Positions 1 to 9,681 of a DNA stretch of 64,000 nucleotides are shown here, in pieces. The position numbers and the translations under genes were made by a program. The DNA comes from an uncultured bacterium (GTDB taxonomy: Bacteria; Verrucomicrobiota; Verrucomicrobiia; Limisphaerales; UBA8199). The stretch is from NCBI GenBank assembly GCA_963749495.1, contig CAVVMW010000012.1, forward strand, positions 224,001-288,000, read 5' to 3'. The stretch's first letter is position 1. Each line of letters starts with the position of its first letter. The notes below the pieces were generated by a model. The model was not told where the DNA came from, searched no databases, and saw only the letters and a program-made list of their open reading frames with translations.

Positions 1-894
1 GGCCGCATCGGGGATTTGGAGGGTTGTGCCTGGAGGCAGCGAGGCCCAGTTGATGCCCGGGTTGAGCTGCCGGATGAAGTTGGGATGCGCGTGGGCCCTC
101 TCGGCGACCAACTCGAGGATGGTCTCGTAATCGAGGGCGCTCTGCTGGGACTTGCCCAGCCAGGTTGAACTCAACGGCTGCAGGCGGGCCACGTCCGCGC
201 CGCTCACCGTGTAAGTGGTCAAGGGCGGGGCAGTCAACAGGAGTCGTCCACGCGTGGCCAGGTCCAACTCACCGCTCATCGGCAGGCCCTGGCGCTCCTG
301 GAAGGTGCGCAACGCCGCGCGGGTCTGTGCGCCGAGCCTGCCATCGAGCGAGCCGGGGGAGATGTCTTGCCGATCCAGGGCCAATTGCGCCTCGAATATG
401 TCCTGGACCGGGCGCGGGAACCCCTCGGAGACGCCGGGGCGGACGGCTGCGTCCGGCGGCGCCGACACTGCCGCAGGCCCCGCCGGGTTGGCGGACGCTG
501 CTGGCGTTGCCTTCAGGGCCGCATACTCGGCCAGGACGCCCGCCATTCGATTGCTAACGACGGGGCCGGCAGCCGGCGCCTGCCGGACCGGGCCGGCGGC
601 CGGTGCAGGCGGCGGTGGCCCCGGTGTTGGCTCCGCCGCGTGGTTCGCCGTCTCCGGACTGTGAACGTTGCCCTCACTTTCCGGACTCGCTCCTCCCTCC
701 TCCGGGCCTGGCCGACCCTCCTCCGTCTTGGGTCCCCCGCCCTCGCTGCTCCGTGCTGTGTCTGCCGATCTCACACCCGCCTGCCACCAGAGCCAACCCA
801 ACAAAACAAATGTGACCAGGGCGACAATCCAATAGACAATCCCCGCCAGCCTCGGGCGCGAACCGGGCAAACGAAATCTCTTACGGCGGTGCAC
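1..894 (-). CDS. Membrane-anchored peptidoglycan-binding protein, probable L,D-transpeptidase family (partial, runs off the left edge)
   Basis: Manual translation from GTG 894: TM segment (IVYWIVALVTFVLLGWLWW), low-complexity linker, PG-binding motif EAQLALDRQDISPGSLDGRLGAQTRAALRTFQ, then LysM-like ELVAERAHAHPNFIRQLNPG. TCGCCA-17-TAATTT promoter-like motif 6 nt upstream. Catalytic domain not in the window. Confidence 0.7.
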   Translation of the reverse strand, partial: MHRRKRFRLPGSRPRLAGIVYWIVALVTFVLLGWLWWQAGVRSADTARSSEGGGPKTEEGRPGPEEGGASPESEGNVHSPETANHAAEPTPGPPPPAPAAGPVRQAPAAGPVVSNRMAGVLAEYAALKATPAASANPAGPAAVSAPPDAAVRPGVSEGFPRPVQDIFEAQLALDRQDISPGSLDGRLGAQTRAALRTFQERQGLPMSGELDLATRGRLLLTAPPLTTYTVSGADVARLQPLSSTWLGKSQQSALDYETILELVAERAHAHPNFIRQLNPGINWASLPPGTTLQIPDAA

Positions 895-1063
895 CGTTCT
901 AAATTAGTGCGCCGACGCCGAAATGGCGAGACTCAAAACGATTAGGCGGGCATGTGCGCCGGGGGCGCCAGCGTAGCGCAGGTTTCCAAACCCGCAGGCC
1001 GTCCGCAAACCGGGGGCGCTCGACATGCCGACGCCCTGCCCATTGGAAATCGGCGATACAGCA

Positions 1064-2420
1064 GAGCCTTTTGCAAAACGAAAGAGGAAGGAGACAAAGT
1101 TGATCCAGGGTTGGACGTTGGGAAGGCAGGTGTCTATTCATTGAACTGGCTTGGCGCCCCGCTTGGAACGAAAACGGCCCGCAAGCCGGCAGGCAGGGGT
1201 TCTCAGGCGATACGCCTCCCATCACGCCCCTGGTGGAGCGCGGGCCATTGGCATGGAAAGTGGGGATGTCAACACAAGCGAGCCCAGATGCCCAAGGTGG
1301 CGACCGCCAAGACTCCGAACATCAAATGGCACATGACCTTGGCGGCTCCTCGCACATGCACCGTCCGGGCCCCAAACTCCTCTTTGAGCCGGCCGTTAAC
1401 TCGCTCGCTGGCAGTGCGCTGCTTATAGCGTTGGCGCTCCGCCGGATCCAGCGGCACGAAGCCCTCCCGTTCCTTGGGATCAATAATTGGCACGTGTCCC
1501 AAGCCCCGACAAAAGTCCTTGATGAAGTGCGCGTCGTAGGCCGAGTCCATCAGTTCATAGAGCGCCTGAACCCGTTGGGCGCTCTGCTGCGCCAGGGGAA
1601 TAGCGACCTGACTATCATGCAGGCTGGCACTGGTCAGCACCGCACCGATGGGAATATCCCCGTCAATCACGTCCAGGTGCAGTTTGTAGCCTCGCCACCA
1701 GGTCTTGTAACCCTTGGCATCGGTCTTACACCCTATATCGCATCCCCGCGGCAGGTCGGCCAGGTTCTGCTCCAGCGAGCGGGCCATCTGGATCTCCAGC
1801 TTCGTACGAGGCGGGCGCACCTCACCTTTCTTGGGCCGGCCTTGCCAGGGGGCGGAGCGACCATCTCCGGCTTGGTCGCCTTGCGCTCCGGCACACTAAT
1901 GGCCGTGCTGTCCCGGCTGATGTGCCCCACCAGCTTGGGCCGACAGTGTATCTCCACCAACGCCGCGTGGATTTGCTGCGGCAATTCGTCGGCGGCAAAC
2001 ACGCTAAAGGCCCGCGAGAAAGTCGAGCGCTCCGGCAACTGGCCCAAGCTTTCCCAGCCGCAGAGCCGCCGCAGCGTGGGGCGAGCGTTCAAGGCATCGA
2101 TCAATGCTTCGGTCGTGGCAAATCCATAAACGGCTTTGGCGATAAAGGCGTGCAGCACCCAGACCCGCTCATGGGGAGGTCGCCCCTGCCCACATCCCTC
2201 GTAACGAAGCAGAAAACGTCCCAAAGGCAGCAGCGAAATTACCTCGACGAATTGCTGGTCCTTGGCCCCCAAGGACCCGAGTTCCTCGGTCAAAACCGGG
2301 AAAAGTTGGCGTTGGAGGTGTTGCCACAGGTCAGGCAGGTCAGGCATATGCGTGGTTTGATCCATCTGCCGACCAGATTATTCAAGAATCCTGCAACTTT
2401 CCGACTTTTGCAAAAGGCTC
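1064..2420 (-). mobile_element. Insertion sequence, IS1182/IS5-like DDE family, 1357 bp
   Basis: Perfect 15-bp terminal IRs GAGCCTTTTGCAAAA (1064-1078) and TTTTGCAAAAGGCTC (2406-2420); 4-bp target duplication AGCA (1060-1063, 2421-2424); internal transposase. Confidence 0.9.
1269..2365 (-). CDS. DDE transposase, split by one frameshift near 1840
   Basis: ORFs 1733-2365 and 1269-1820 join as GRPKKGEVRPP; motifs LRRLCGW, STFSRAF, HISRDSTAI, GYKLH, LMDSAYD, YKQRTASERVNGRLKE. Confidence 0.85.
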
Positions 2421-2440
2421 AGCAGGTTTGGAAACCTGCG

Positions 2441-3190
2441 CTACAACTTTGTCAACGGCCCTGGCATGTGCGCCGGGGAAAACTCCTTGCGGACCACGGC
2501 CTGGCCGATGATGAGAGCGGCCTCCCAGTCCGGGACCTGGTCGGTATTGATGACCACATGATAGAGCAGCGGGTCATCGATGTCCCGGCCAAAGTACTTC
2601 TTGAGGTAGCGGCGGCGCCCCCGGTCCTCGCGGCGCACGAACTCGCGGGCCTGTTTGGGGCTCAGGCCCTCCAGTTGCTGGATATAGGCGGCCCGCCCCT
2701 CGAAAGAGCCGACTAAGCGGACATGAAAGACATAGTTGAGCCTGCTGGTGATGACGTTTGCGCCGCGGCCGATCAGGATGACATTGCCCAACTCGGCCAG
2801 GTGCAGGATGGTGTCGGCCGTGTTGCGGACCAGGGTCCAGGAGGGGGGGTGCAGGCCGAAGAGCTCGTCCATAGTGTCGGCCATTTCCGAGATCCGGTCC
2901 TCCGGCATGAACCGCGCCAGGCGCTTGGGCAGGTGATGGTCCTCAAGGACCTTCTCGACCAGGTTCCGATCGAAGATCGTCCAGGGACACCAGCCATTGG
3001 GGGCATTTTCCTGGAGGTACTGGGCCAGTTTTTCGGCGACGGCGTGGCCGCCGGCGCCGGACTGGCGCGAAATCGTGACCGCCCGGCGCTGGAGGTCGTC
3101 CCGGGCCGGCGGGGGCTTGCCTGGCCCCTGCGGCTGCAACTGGCAATTGATGAACGACCGGCACTGTTCCAAGCCAACTTGCGTCTTCAT
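2441..3190 (-). CDS. Cytidylate kinase-like family protein
   Basis: VTISRQSGAGGHAVAEKLA P-loop variant, VILIGRGAN, DRGRRRYLKKYFGRDIDDPLLYHVVINT. Confidence 0.85.
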   Translation of the reverse strand: MKTQVGLEQCRSFINCQLQPQGPGKPPPARDDLQRRAVTISRQSGAGGHAVAEKLAQYLQENAPNGWCPWTIFDRNLVEKVLEDHHLPKRLARFMPEDRISEMADTMDELFGLHPPSWTLVRNTADTILHLAELGNVILIGRGANVITSRLNYVFHVRLVGSFEGRAAYIQQLEGLSPKQAREFVRREDRGRRRYLKKYFGRDIDDPLLYHVVINTDQVPDWEAALIIGQAVVRKEFSPAHMPGPLTKL

Positions 3191-3517
3191 CGAAGTTCTT
3201 TCCTGGTGGCTTTGCCAGCCCCAGATTAGCCCCGAAGCCTCCTCCCGGGAAGTCTGATCTCGACGGGCGATCCGATTTGATCTCAGCTAATGCGGTCCAT
3301 GCGTGAAAATGACGCAAAATGCGTGAGGTTCGCGCATGGCGCAGGAGGCGCGAATGCAAAACACGCGGATTTCGGGCATTTCCATGGCTGGCATCGAACA
3401 TGCTGAGAAAGCGACTGTAGCAGTTGTAGTGTGAGTTGTTGTTGGGTTGCACATAGCTAGCACAGCTACGGTTCGCCAGGATGAAGGTGTGGTAGAAGCA
3501 GGCTGAACCATTGCGGT

Positions 3518-3585
3518 GGAGTCCGGGGCACTGTTCGGTTAGGAGTTGGCGCAGGCCAGAAGGTTCCGAATGGTGCCCCGCTCCA
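3518..3585. repeat. Hairpin / REP-like element or terminator just downstream of the ParD-like gene
   Basis: CGGGGCACTGTTCGG pairs with CCGAATGGTGCCCCG (two G-U pairs), flanked by GGAG/CTCC. Confidence 0.5.
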
Positions 3586-3588
3586 TGT

Positions 3589-3846
3589 CTATCGGTTGGC
3601 CCGGGGTCGGTCTCGGCCCCGCGCCGCGCGGATGTGCCGTTCGATGTCTTGCTCGGTTTCGGGAGTGACCGGGTCTTGAGGCAAAGTACCGAGAAGCTGC
3701 TGAAAGCGCTGGTAATGCGCCGCCATTTCCTCGCGGGCGAGCGCCCGCAAGCCGGCGCGGATCACGTCGCTGCCGTTGCCGTAAAGGCCGGAGCGGAGCC
3801 GCCGCTCGACGAAAGCCTTCAATTCCGGAGTCAAAGAGACCTTCAC
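3589..3846 (-). CDS. ParD/CopG-like ribbon-helix-helix antitoxin (orphan)
   Basis: From GTG 3846: VSLTPELKAFVERRLRSGLYGNGSDVIRAGLRAL, a typical ParD-family N-terminus. No toxin ORF adjacent. Confidence 0.8.
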   Translation of the reverse strand: MKVSLTPELKAFVERRLRSGLYGNGSDVIRAGLRALAREEMAAHYQRFQQLLGTLPQDPVTPETEQDIERHIRAARGRDRPRANR

Positions 3847-3865
3847 GGCGGAGCAAGACACAGTG

Positions 3866-4312
3866 CTAATGGGCGACAGCAATGTCAGTGCCTTCCAGTC
3901 CGAAATCGTCAGGCGGGTCGTCTGAGGAGGCACCGGTTGGGGATCCGAACTCCACCAGACCAAAAGTGTTCGGCGCCGGTCGAGTGAAGATTTTGTGGTC
4001 TCTCACGTACGAGGCCAGCGAACCACTGAGAGAGGTCTTGTGTTTTTTCTCTACAGGCTTTCCGATGCGTTTGAGCAATTCCTCCACGTGGAGCGGCTTG
4101 CCTTCCTGTTGGAGAACTTCACGCACTCTTGCCAAATCGGTGCCCGGTCTGAGTACCAGATCCTCCTGGCCCGCGGAATCTTTGGGCAGCATTTTTCGCA
4201 TGTCTTCCAGCGCTTGGAGGTAGGCCCGAGCCTCGCCGAGAGTCCTCTCGAGCGTTGCGATCTCCTCTTTTTTCTTCTCGATCTTCCGATCCAAGTCTCT
4301 TCGAATATCCAT
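3866..4312 (-). CDS. Coiled-coil plus winged-HTH protein (HARE-HTH-like)
   Basis: N-terminal heptad helix, then VREVLQQEGKPLHVEELL...SLSGSLASYVRDHKIFTRPAPNTFGL. Confidence 0.65.
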   Translation of the reverse strand: MDIRRDLDRKIEKKKEEIATLERTLGEARAYLQALEDMRKMLPKDSAGQEDLVLRPGTDLARVREVLQQEGKPLHVEELLKRIGKPVEKKHKTSLSGSLASYVRDHKIFTRPAPNTFGLVEFGSPTGASSDDPPDDFGLEGTDIAVAH

Positions 4313-4444
4313 TGGCGACCATCGTACCGCATGAACATTCGTGGGTCAAGGAGAAAAAGATGATAAATGATGAAAAAGTATTGACTAAAGATGGAAAATC
4401 GAGTTCAATGCCCACGAATAGCGGTATCAGCCAAAGGAACGTCT

Positions 4445-5267
4445 ATGGATAGTGTGACGCAGCGTCTGGACGCCGTAAAGCGGCTATCGAAGAATGGCGG
4501 CGAGTACCTGGATGGGGAGAGATCTCCAGCCGATCCTCGGATACGAGAAATGGGAGAACTTCAAGAATGTAATCCAAAAAGCCATTGAAGCCTGCCAAAG
4601 TGCGCGTATAGAAACCAAGTATCACTTTCTTAATGCCGGGAAGGTGATAGCCGCGGGCAAGGGGGCACAACTCGAGAGAGAAGACTATTTTCTCACTCGC
4701 TACGGCTGTTACCTGATCGCCATGAACGGCGACCCCTCCAAGCAGGAGATCGGGTCAGCGCAGACGTACTTCGCAGTCCAGGCGAGGCGGCAGGAGCTTT
4801 TCGATCTTTCCCTGAATGACGAGAAGAGGCTCGAACTGCGCGAGCGAGTGAAGGAGGCCGTCAAGCACCTGAACAGCGCCGCAAAAGGCTCTGGCGTCGT
4901 GAACTACGCCTTTTTCCACGACGCTGGTTACCGTGGTCTCTACGGCATGGGACTCCGCGCGATCAAGGACAGAAAGGGCATTCCTGAAAAGGAAGATCTC
5001 ATGGACCGGGCTGGTCGTGCCGAGCTCGCGGCTAACGAGTTCAGGTACACGCAGACCGAGGAAAGGCTGAAGAAGGAGCAGGTCAGAGGCGGAGACCGTG
5101 CCGAAGCAGTCCACAACGAGGTGGGCAGAAAAGTGCGCGAGGCTATCAGAAACATCGGGGGGACCGCGCCCGAGGACCTCCCCCCCGAACGTTCTCTTAA
5201 GAGGCTGATAGACCCGCGTAGGCGGCGCCTCGCTGATCCAGGAACGGCAGGCGGCGAGGCGTGCTGA
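4445..5267 (+). CDS. dinD: DNA damage-inducible protein D family (BRO-N-like), one frameshift near 4507
   Basis: Removing one C from GAGTACCTGG gives MDSVTQRLDAVKRLSKNGGEYWMGRDLQPILGYEKWENF; also LTRYGCYLIAMNGDPSKQEIGSAQTYFAVQ, FHDAGYRGLYG, ELAANEFR. Confidence 0.85.
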
Positions 5268-5290
5268 GCGAGTTTTCGCCAACAATTGAT

Positions 5291-8200
5291 TTACGGCCCA
5301 ACCTCTAACTCGATCTTCGCACCCAGGCAATCGGGGGCGGCGGCCAGTGCCTCGGTGAATTCCTGGCGCGCCTTTTGTTTTTCGCCCAGGCCGAGCTGGG
5401 CCAAGCCGCGCACATAATGGGCCAGGGCGGTCCTGGCGGCGGGTGACTGGCGCCGGCGCGGCCCTTCGGAGGAGTCGCCCGGTTCGAGGGCTTGTTCGGC
5501 TGTTTCCAGGAGGCCGCGCAGGGCGGTTTCGGCCTCGGCGGCCTGGCCCAGCTTGCGTTTGGCGAGGGCCTGGAAATAGACCTGGACCTGCCGCTCGGAG
5601 AGGCGGCCCTCGGGACGGCGTCGCCGGCCTGCGGGGAGATCGCCGGCGGCCTCCTGCCAGGCCAGCCGGGCCTTGGCCGAGTCGCCCAAACCTTCACAGG
5701 CCAGGCCCAGCCAATAGTCGAGTTCGGCGTTGCGGGCAGGACCGGCCTGGTCACTGGGCAGGTTATCGGGGATGGAGCCAGCGGCCTGGAAATTCTCGAG
5801 GGCGGCGGCGAATTTGCCCGCAGCCAGTGCCTGGCGTCCGCGCAACACGTGGGCGTTGACCCAATGGTCGGCTACCTCGATGGCGCCCCCTTCCCAGACG
5901 GCGAACTGCCGCCCGGTCATGAGGCCGATGGCATCGCCGGTCTTTCCCGCGAACACCTTGAGGCCGATCTCGCGGGACAAGGCATCGTCGCGTTGGGCCA
6001 CGACCTCGTGGTTCTGCTCCAGCAGGGCCAGCCGTTTCTCGGGCGAGACGCCGGCGGTGGCGTAGAGTTCATCCAACTCGGCGAAGTGGAGGGCGAATTT
6101 GGGCGTGCAGCGGACGGCCTGTTCGAGCTGGGCAATGGCGCGGGCGGTGCCGTTGGTCTGGCGGTCGTGCGCGCAGGCGACGGCAAGGTTGCGGTGAACG
6201 ATGGGGAAAGACGGGTCGAGCGCGGCGGATTTCTCCCACAGTTTGGCGGCCTCTTCGGGTTGGCCGTCGTAGAGGAGGTTGCCCAAGTAATAGGGGGCGC
6301 GGGAGTCGTTGGGATTGAGTTGGCAGGCGCGGCGCAACACCGGGATGACCTCCCATTGGAAGGGAAAGACGTAATCGGCGGGCATCGCCAGAGCCAGGCG
6401 GCGGTATTGCGCGGCCCCGGAGGGGTCGCCGAGCCGTTCGGCGAAGTGGCCCAGGTAGTAATAGGCCAGGGGCGAGATGCGGTTCGTGTCCGGGGCATTC
6501 CGGATGCTGAACGTCAGGAGGGCGACGCCGTCCTGCCACAGACCGGCGTCGGCATAAGCGGCGGCGGCCTCCAGCCCGGTGGCGGGGTGGCGGCGCAGGG
6601 TCTGGGCCAGCTCGGGCGCGGCCTTCTTGCCCTGGATGAGCCAGCGTTCGCTCATGAGGCCGACATCGAGCGGGTCGGTTTGGCGCGCGGCGTAGTCCAG
6701 GACAGCCAGGGCGCGCCCGCTCTGGCCGGTGTGGCGCAGGAGGGCGGCCTTGAGCGAGAGGGCGCGCAAATCCAGGGTGTTGGCCTCCAGCGAGCGGTTG
6801 ACCCGCTCCAGCGCGGCGGGGAAGTCACCGCGCAGCGCGGCCAGTTCGGCCAGCGAATAGCAGGCCGGCGCCCGCCAGGCCTCGCTCCAAGCGGCCTTGT
6901 AGAAGGCGTCGTTGGCCTGGCTGAGCCGGGCCTGGGCCTTGAGCGCGACGCCCAGGTAGTAGAAGGCCTCGCCGTCCCTGGGTGTCGTGTAGTTGGCGCT
7001 GAGACGTTCGATGGCCCTGCGGAAGTGCGTTTCGGCCTCCGCAAACCTGGCCTGCCTCAGCTTGCGAATGCCCAGCACGGTATTGACGCGCGCGTCGGCG
7101 GGGTCGCGGCGCAGGGCCTCTTCCCAGTAGGGCTCGGGCTTGAGCGAGGGACTATGGAACTGCTCGATGCGCTGGCCGGCCAGGTAGAGTTCTTCCACGG
7201 TGCTCAAGTCGTTGGGGGGCGGCGGGTTGGCGTAAGGCTTGGGCATGGGAACGGGCGCCAGCCGCACGGGCGAATACTCGACCAGGACCTTGCCCTCGAC
7301 CGAGAGCGAGGCGCGCAGGTCGTGCTCATCCACGCCCGGCGGGACGGGCACTTGCCTCAGGCAGGGCCTGTCCGGGCTGATGGCCAGGACTTCCCGGAGC
7401 AGGACGCGCTCGCCGGCCTTGAGCGCAACGGTGGCCGCACGGTGGGGGGCCGTGACGCAGAAACCCACCGTGGCGACCTGGTTGGAGCCAACTTCAAGGT
7501 TGACGGCGCCATCGAGGTTGGCGTTCTTGACACCTTGGATGGTGTGGAAAGGATACCAGAACATGCGGACAGCCTTGGTTTCTCCGGGCTGCAGCCAACT
7601 GTAGTCGGGCTGGTTGTCCGAGTAGGCCCCGGCCATGAGCTCGATGTAGGGGCCGTCGTCGTCGGTCAGGATCTTGTCCCACATCCGCCCGCGCGGGCCG
7701 TTGCCCCAGGTCCAGAACTTCTTGCCGGGGACCACGTGGTGGTCGGCCACGCTCAGGATGCCGGCCTCCTTGCCGTGGTCATAGCCGGCGAAGAAGTCGT
7801 CCTCACAATTCCAGGCGAACATCGAGTTGGCGGCGACGTGGTTCGAGTACCAGCTCACATCCACGCCGCGGGTGAAGTCGGCCCCGTTGTAGCGGGTCGT
7901 GGCGATGGGCCAGGTGGTGAACTGGTTCTTCGAGTGGTAGGTGACCAACTGGGTGCGGGGCGGATAGATGACCTGGTAGTTGTCGTTGACGTGCACGGCC
8001 ACGTTTGCAAAGCAGAGCATGGTATTGACCATCGGGGTGCGGTTGACGATGCGCACGGAGCACTCCAGGAAGGAGCGCCCGGGCCGCAAGGTGTAGCCGA
8101 CCGCCCAGCGCATCCGCTGCCGCACCTCCAACTCGCCCACCCAGACCGTCTTGCTCCCGTCCCCGTGCTCCTGGACCCGGTACTGCACCGGGAGAAACGT

Positions 8201-8770
8201 CGTGGCCCGGTGATGATGCGGGATGTTCCATTCGACGCCTCCCGAAATCCAGGCCCCGATCAGGCCGATCAGCGCCGGTTTGATGACGTGCTGCCGATAG
8301 ATGAAATTGTAGCCGTTGCTCTTGTCCACCGCCTCGAACAGGCGCCCGCCGATCTCCGGCAGAATCCCGATCCGCACATACTCGTTCTCCAGATAGACCA
8401 GCCGGTACACCTTGTTGGACTTCACGTGGGTCAGCCGGTCGTAAAGCGGGTAAGGATAGACGCGGCCCTCGGCGCCCTGGGAATTGCGGCCGAAGTAAAA
8501 CATCGGGTTGGGCTCCGGTTCCCCGGCCAGGTAAGTCGGGATCGGCTCGTCGCGCTCGATGACCTTCACGGGGGCGGCGCCCGCCGCCGCCACCGCGGCG
8601 ACCAGGGCCGCGCCGGCAAGGGCCCACAGGCCCACCGGCCGGGACAGGCCTCGCCCGGCGCGAAGCGTTTTGGACTGCGCCAGTCCTCTGGCGCTTTTCA
8701 GACCCTGGGAACAGGAAAGCGCCAGAGGACTGGCGCAGTCCAGAACCTTGCGGGCATGGCGGCCGTTCAT
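5291..8770 (-). CDS. Secreted DUF5107-domain TPR-repeat protein (start uncertain: 8803, 8770 or 8635)
   Basis: Signal peptide; VYPYP, LENEY..ILPEIGGR, WISGGVEWN, PGKKFWTWG, YIELMAGAYSDNQPDY; long TPR-rich C-terminal half. Confidence 0.85.
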   Translation of the reverse strand: MNGRHARKVLDCASPLALSCSQGLKSARGLAQSKTLRAGRGLSRPVGLWALAGAALVAAVAAAGAAPVKVIERDEPIPTYLAGEPEPNPMFYFGRNSQGAEGRVYPYPLYDRLTHVKSNKVYRLVYLENEYVRIGILPEIGGRLFEAVDKSNGYNFIYRQHVIKPALIGLIGAWISGGVEWNIPHHHRATTFLPVQYRVQEHGDGSKTVWVGELEVRQRMRWAVGYTLRPGRSFLECSVRIVNRTPMVNTMLCFANVAVHVNDNYQVIYPPRTQLVTYHSKNQFTTWPIATTRYNGADFTRGVDVSWYSNHVAANSMFAWNCEDDFFAGYDHGKEAGILSVADHHVVPGKKFWTWGNGPRGRMWDKILTDDDGPYIELMAGAYSDNQPDYSWLQPGETKAVRMFWYPFHTIQGVKNANLDGAVNLEVGSNQVATVGFCVTAPHRAATVALKAGERVLLREVLAISPDRPCLRQVPVPPGVDEHDLRASLSVEGKVLVEYSPVRLAPVPMPKPYANPPPPNDLSTVEELYLAGQRIEQFHSPSLKPEPYWEEALRRDPADARVNTVLGIRKLRQARFAEAETHFRRAIERLSANYTTPRDGEAFYYLGVALKAQARLSQANDAFYKAAWSEAWRAPACYSLAELAALRGDFPAALERVNRSLEANTLDLRALSLKAALLRHTGQSGRALAVLDYAARQTDPLDVGLMSERWLIQGKKAAPELAQTLRRHPATGLEAAAAYADAGLWQDGVALLTFSIRNAPDTNRISPLAYYYLGHFAERLGDPSGAAQYRRLALAMPADYVFPFQWEVIPVLRRACQLNPNDSRAPYYLGNLLYDGQPEEAAKLWEKSAALDPSFPIVHRNLAVACAHDRQTNGTARAIAQLEQAVRCTPKFALHFAELDELYATAGVSPEKRLALLEQNHEVVAQRDDALSREIGLKVFAGKTGDAIGLMTGRQFAVWEGGAIEVADHWVNAHVLRGRQALAAGKFAAALENFQAAGSIPDNLPSDQAGPARNAELDYWLGLACEGLGDSAKARLAWQEAAGDLPAGRRRRPEGRLSERQVQVYFQALAKRKLGQAAEAETALRGLLETAEQALEPGDSSEGPRRRQSPAARTALAHYVRGLAQLGLGEKQKARQEFTEALAAAPDCLGAKIELEVGP
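8671..8742. repeat. REP-like inverted repeat, TGGACTGCG family, copy 1
   Basis: 27-bp perfect IR TGGACTGCGCCAGTCCTCTGGCGCTTT / AAAGCGCCAGAGGACTGGCGCAGTCCA; same arms at 20658-20735. Confidence 0.9.
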
Positions 8771-8918
8771 GGAAAGCCGGCGGCCGGGGGCCGGACTGGG
8801 CATTGCGTCGAGTTGCACGATGGGCAGTTGGTTGCAGTTCAGCGGCGCCACTCTATCCCACCGCCGCCCGGCGGCAAACAAAAAGCGAGCACCCCGGCAG
8901 CTTTCTGACCCCGTTCGC

Positions 8919-9143
8919 TTACGCCTTGGGAGGGAGAGCACTGGGCCGCTTCCGCTCAGCTCGCACCTGGCGGAGATAACGTAGCTTCACGGCTCGCTCA
9001 AGCTGCTCGGCAGCGATTCCAGATCGTTCGCTGTAACTGTGAAGCATCAACTCGTAGGCGTCGCCCAGGCGATCCGCTTGCTCGGGAGCAGCCTCCCGGA
9101 ACGCATCGTAGGCTTCAAGCAGAGCGGCCAGTTCCGGGTTCAT
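8919..9143 (-). CDS. Small helical hypothetical protein (74 aa), downstream gene of a two-gene module
   Basis: ATG 9143 overlaps the 3' end of 9115-9483; MNPELAALLEAYDAFREAAPEQADRL. Confidence 0.6.
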   Translation of the reverse strand: MNPELAALLEAYDAFREAAPEQADRLGDAYELMLHSYSERSGIAAEQLERAVKLRYLRQVRAERKRPSALPPKA

Positions 9144-9483
9144 CAGGGAAGACCTGCCGCAAAATGGCATCCGCTTCTTGATCCGTCATCGGATTATCAA
9201 CCAGTGTGCGTGAGTCTTGGAGCTGCCTCAGCCGGCCGCTGATGGCACGCAGGGCCCCAGGCATCGCCCTGGAGGCTACCGAGTACATGTGGAGCGTCAG
9301 GCCAAGAATGAGATCGAGACGTTTGCCGTGCTCCTCCAATTCTTGGCGGCTGGCCTGCCTCGCGATGAAGTTCTTCCGCTGCCAATCCATGAACTCGTCG
9401 GAATGCCGTGACCAGAACTCGAATAAATCCTCCGCCGAGAGCGGCCTTGGGTCCTGGCGCTCGGTTGCGGTTGCCATACTCAT
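9115..9483 (-). CDS. Hypothetical protein (122 aa), upstream gene of a TA-like pair
   Basis: MSMATATERQDPRPLSAEDLFEFW...PMTDQEADAILRQVFPDEP; TTGCAT-17-CACATT 6 nt upstream of the ATG. Confidence 0.6.
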   Translation of the reverse strand: MSMATATERQDPRPLSAEDLFEFWSRHSDEFMDWQRKNFIARQASRQELEEHGKRLDLILGLTLHMYSVASRAMPGALRAISGRLRQLQDSRTLVDNPMTDQEADAILRQVFPDEPGTGRSA

Positions 9484-9602
9484 GGAGTGAATGTGGCAAA
9501 GAACATCGTGGGATGCAAAAAGATTCGCAGGGCCGAGCCAGTAGTGCCAGGAGCCCAGCGGGAGCCCGATCGGCGCTCGATTTTCGGTTCTGGATTTTCC
9601 TC

Positions 9603-9681
9603 TTGCGCCAAGGCGGCCGGGTGGTAAAGTCACCCCCGCTCTAAGCTCCACCCGCGGGGTGGATTTTTGTTTTTGTTTTTT
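9603..9681 (+). promoter_or_regulatory. prs operon promoter followed by a GC hairpin and U-tract in the leader
   Basis: TTGCGC-16-TAAAGT (9603-9630); TCCACCC-GCG-GGGTGGA (9647-9663) then TTTTTGTTTTTGTTTTTT. Confidence 0.5.

Larger units (their letters stand above)
973..2444. repeat. REP-like palindromic element split by an IS insertion
   Basis: GTAGCGCAGGTTTCCAAACC (973-992) is the exact reverse complement of GGTTTGGAAACCTGCGCTAC (2425-2444). Removing the IS rebuilds a ~110 bp hairpin. Confidence 0.85.

Noticed and set aside
4320..4445. LexA box upstream of dinD
   Set aside because: Only a GAACA half-site is visible; no convincing palindrome.
5492..8908. 1138-aa plus-strand ORF and similar long antisense ORFs (e.g. 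14459-15919, 50052-51776, 56015-57256)
   Set aside because: Shadow frames of well-supported genes in high-GC DNA, with no recognisable motifs.
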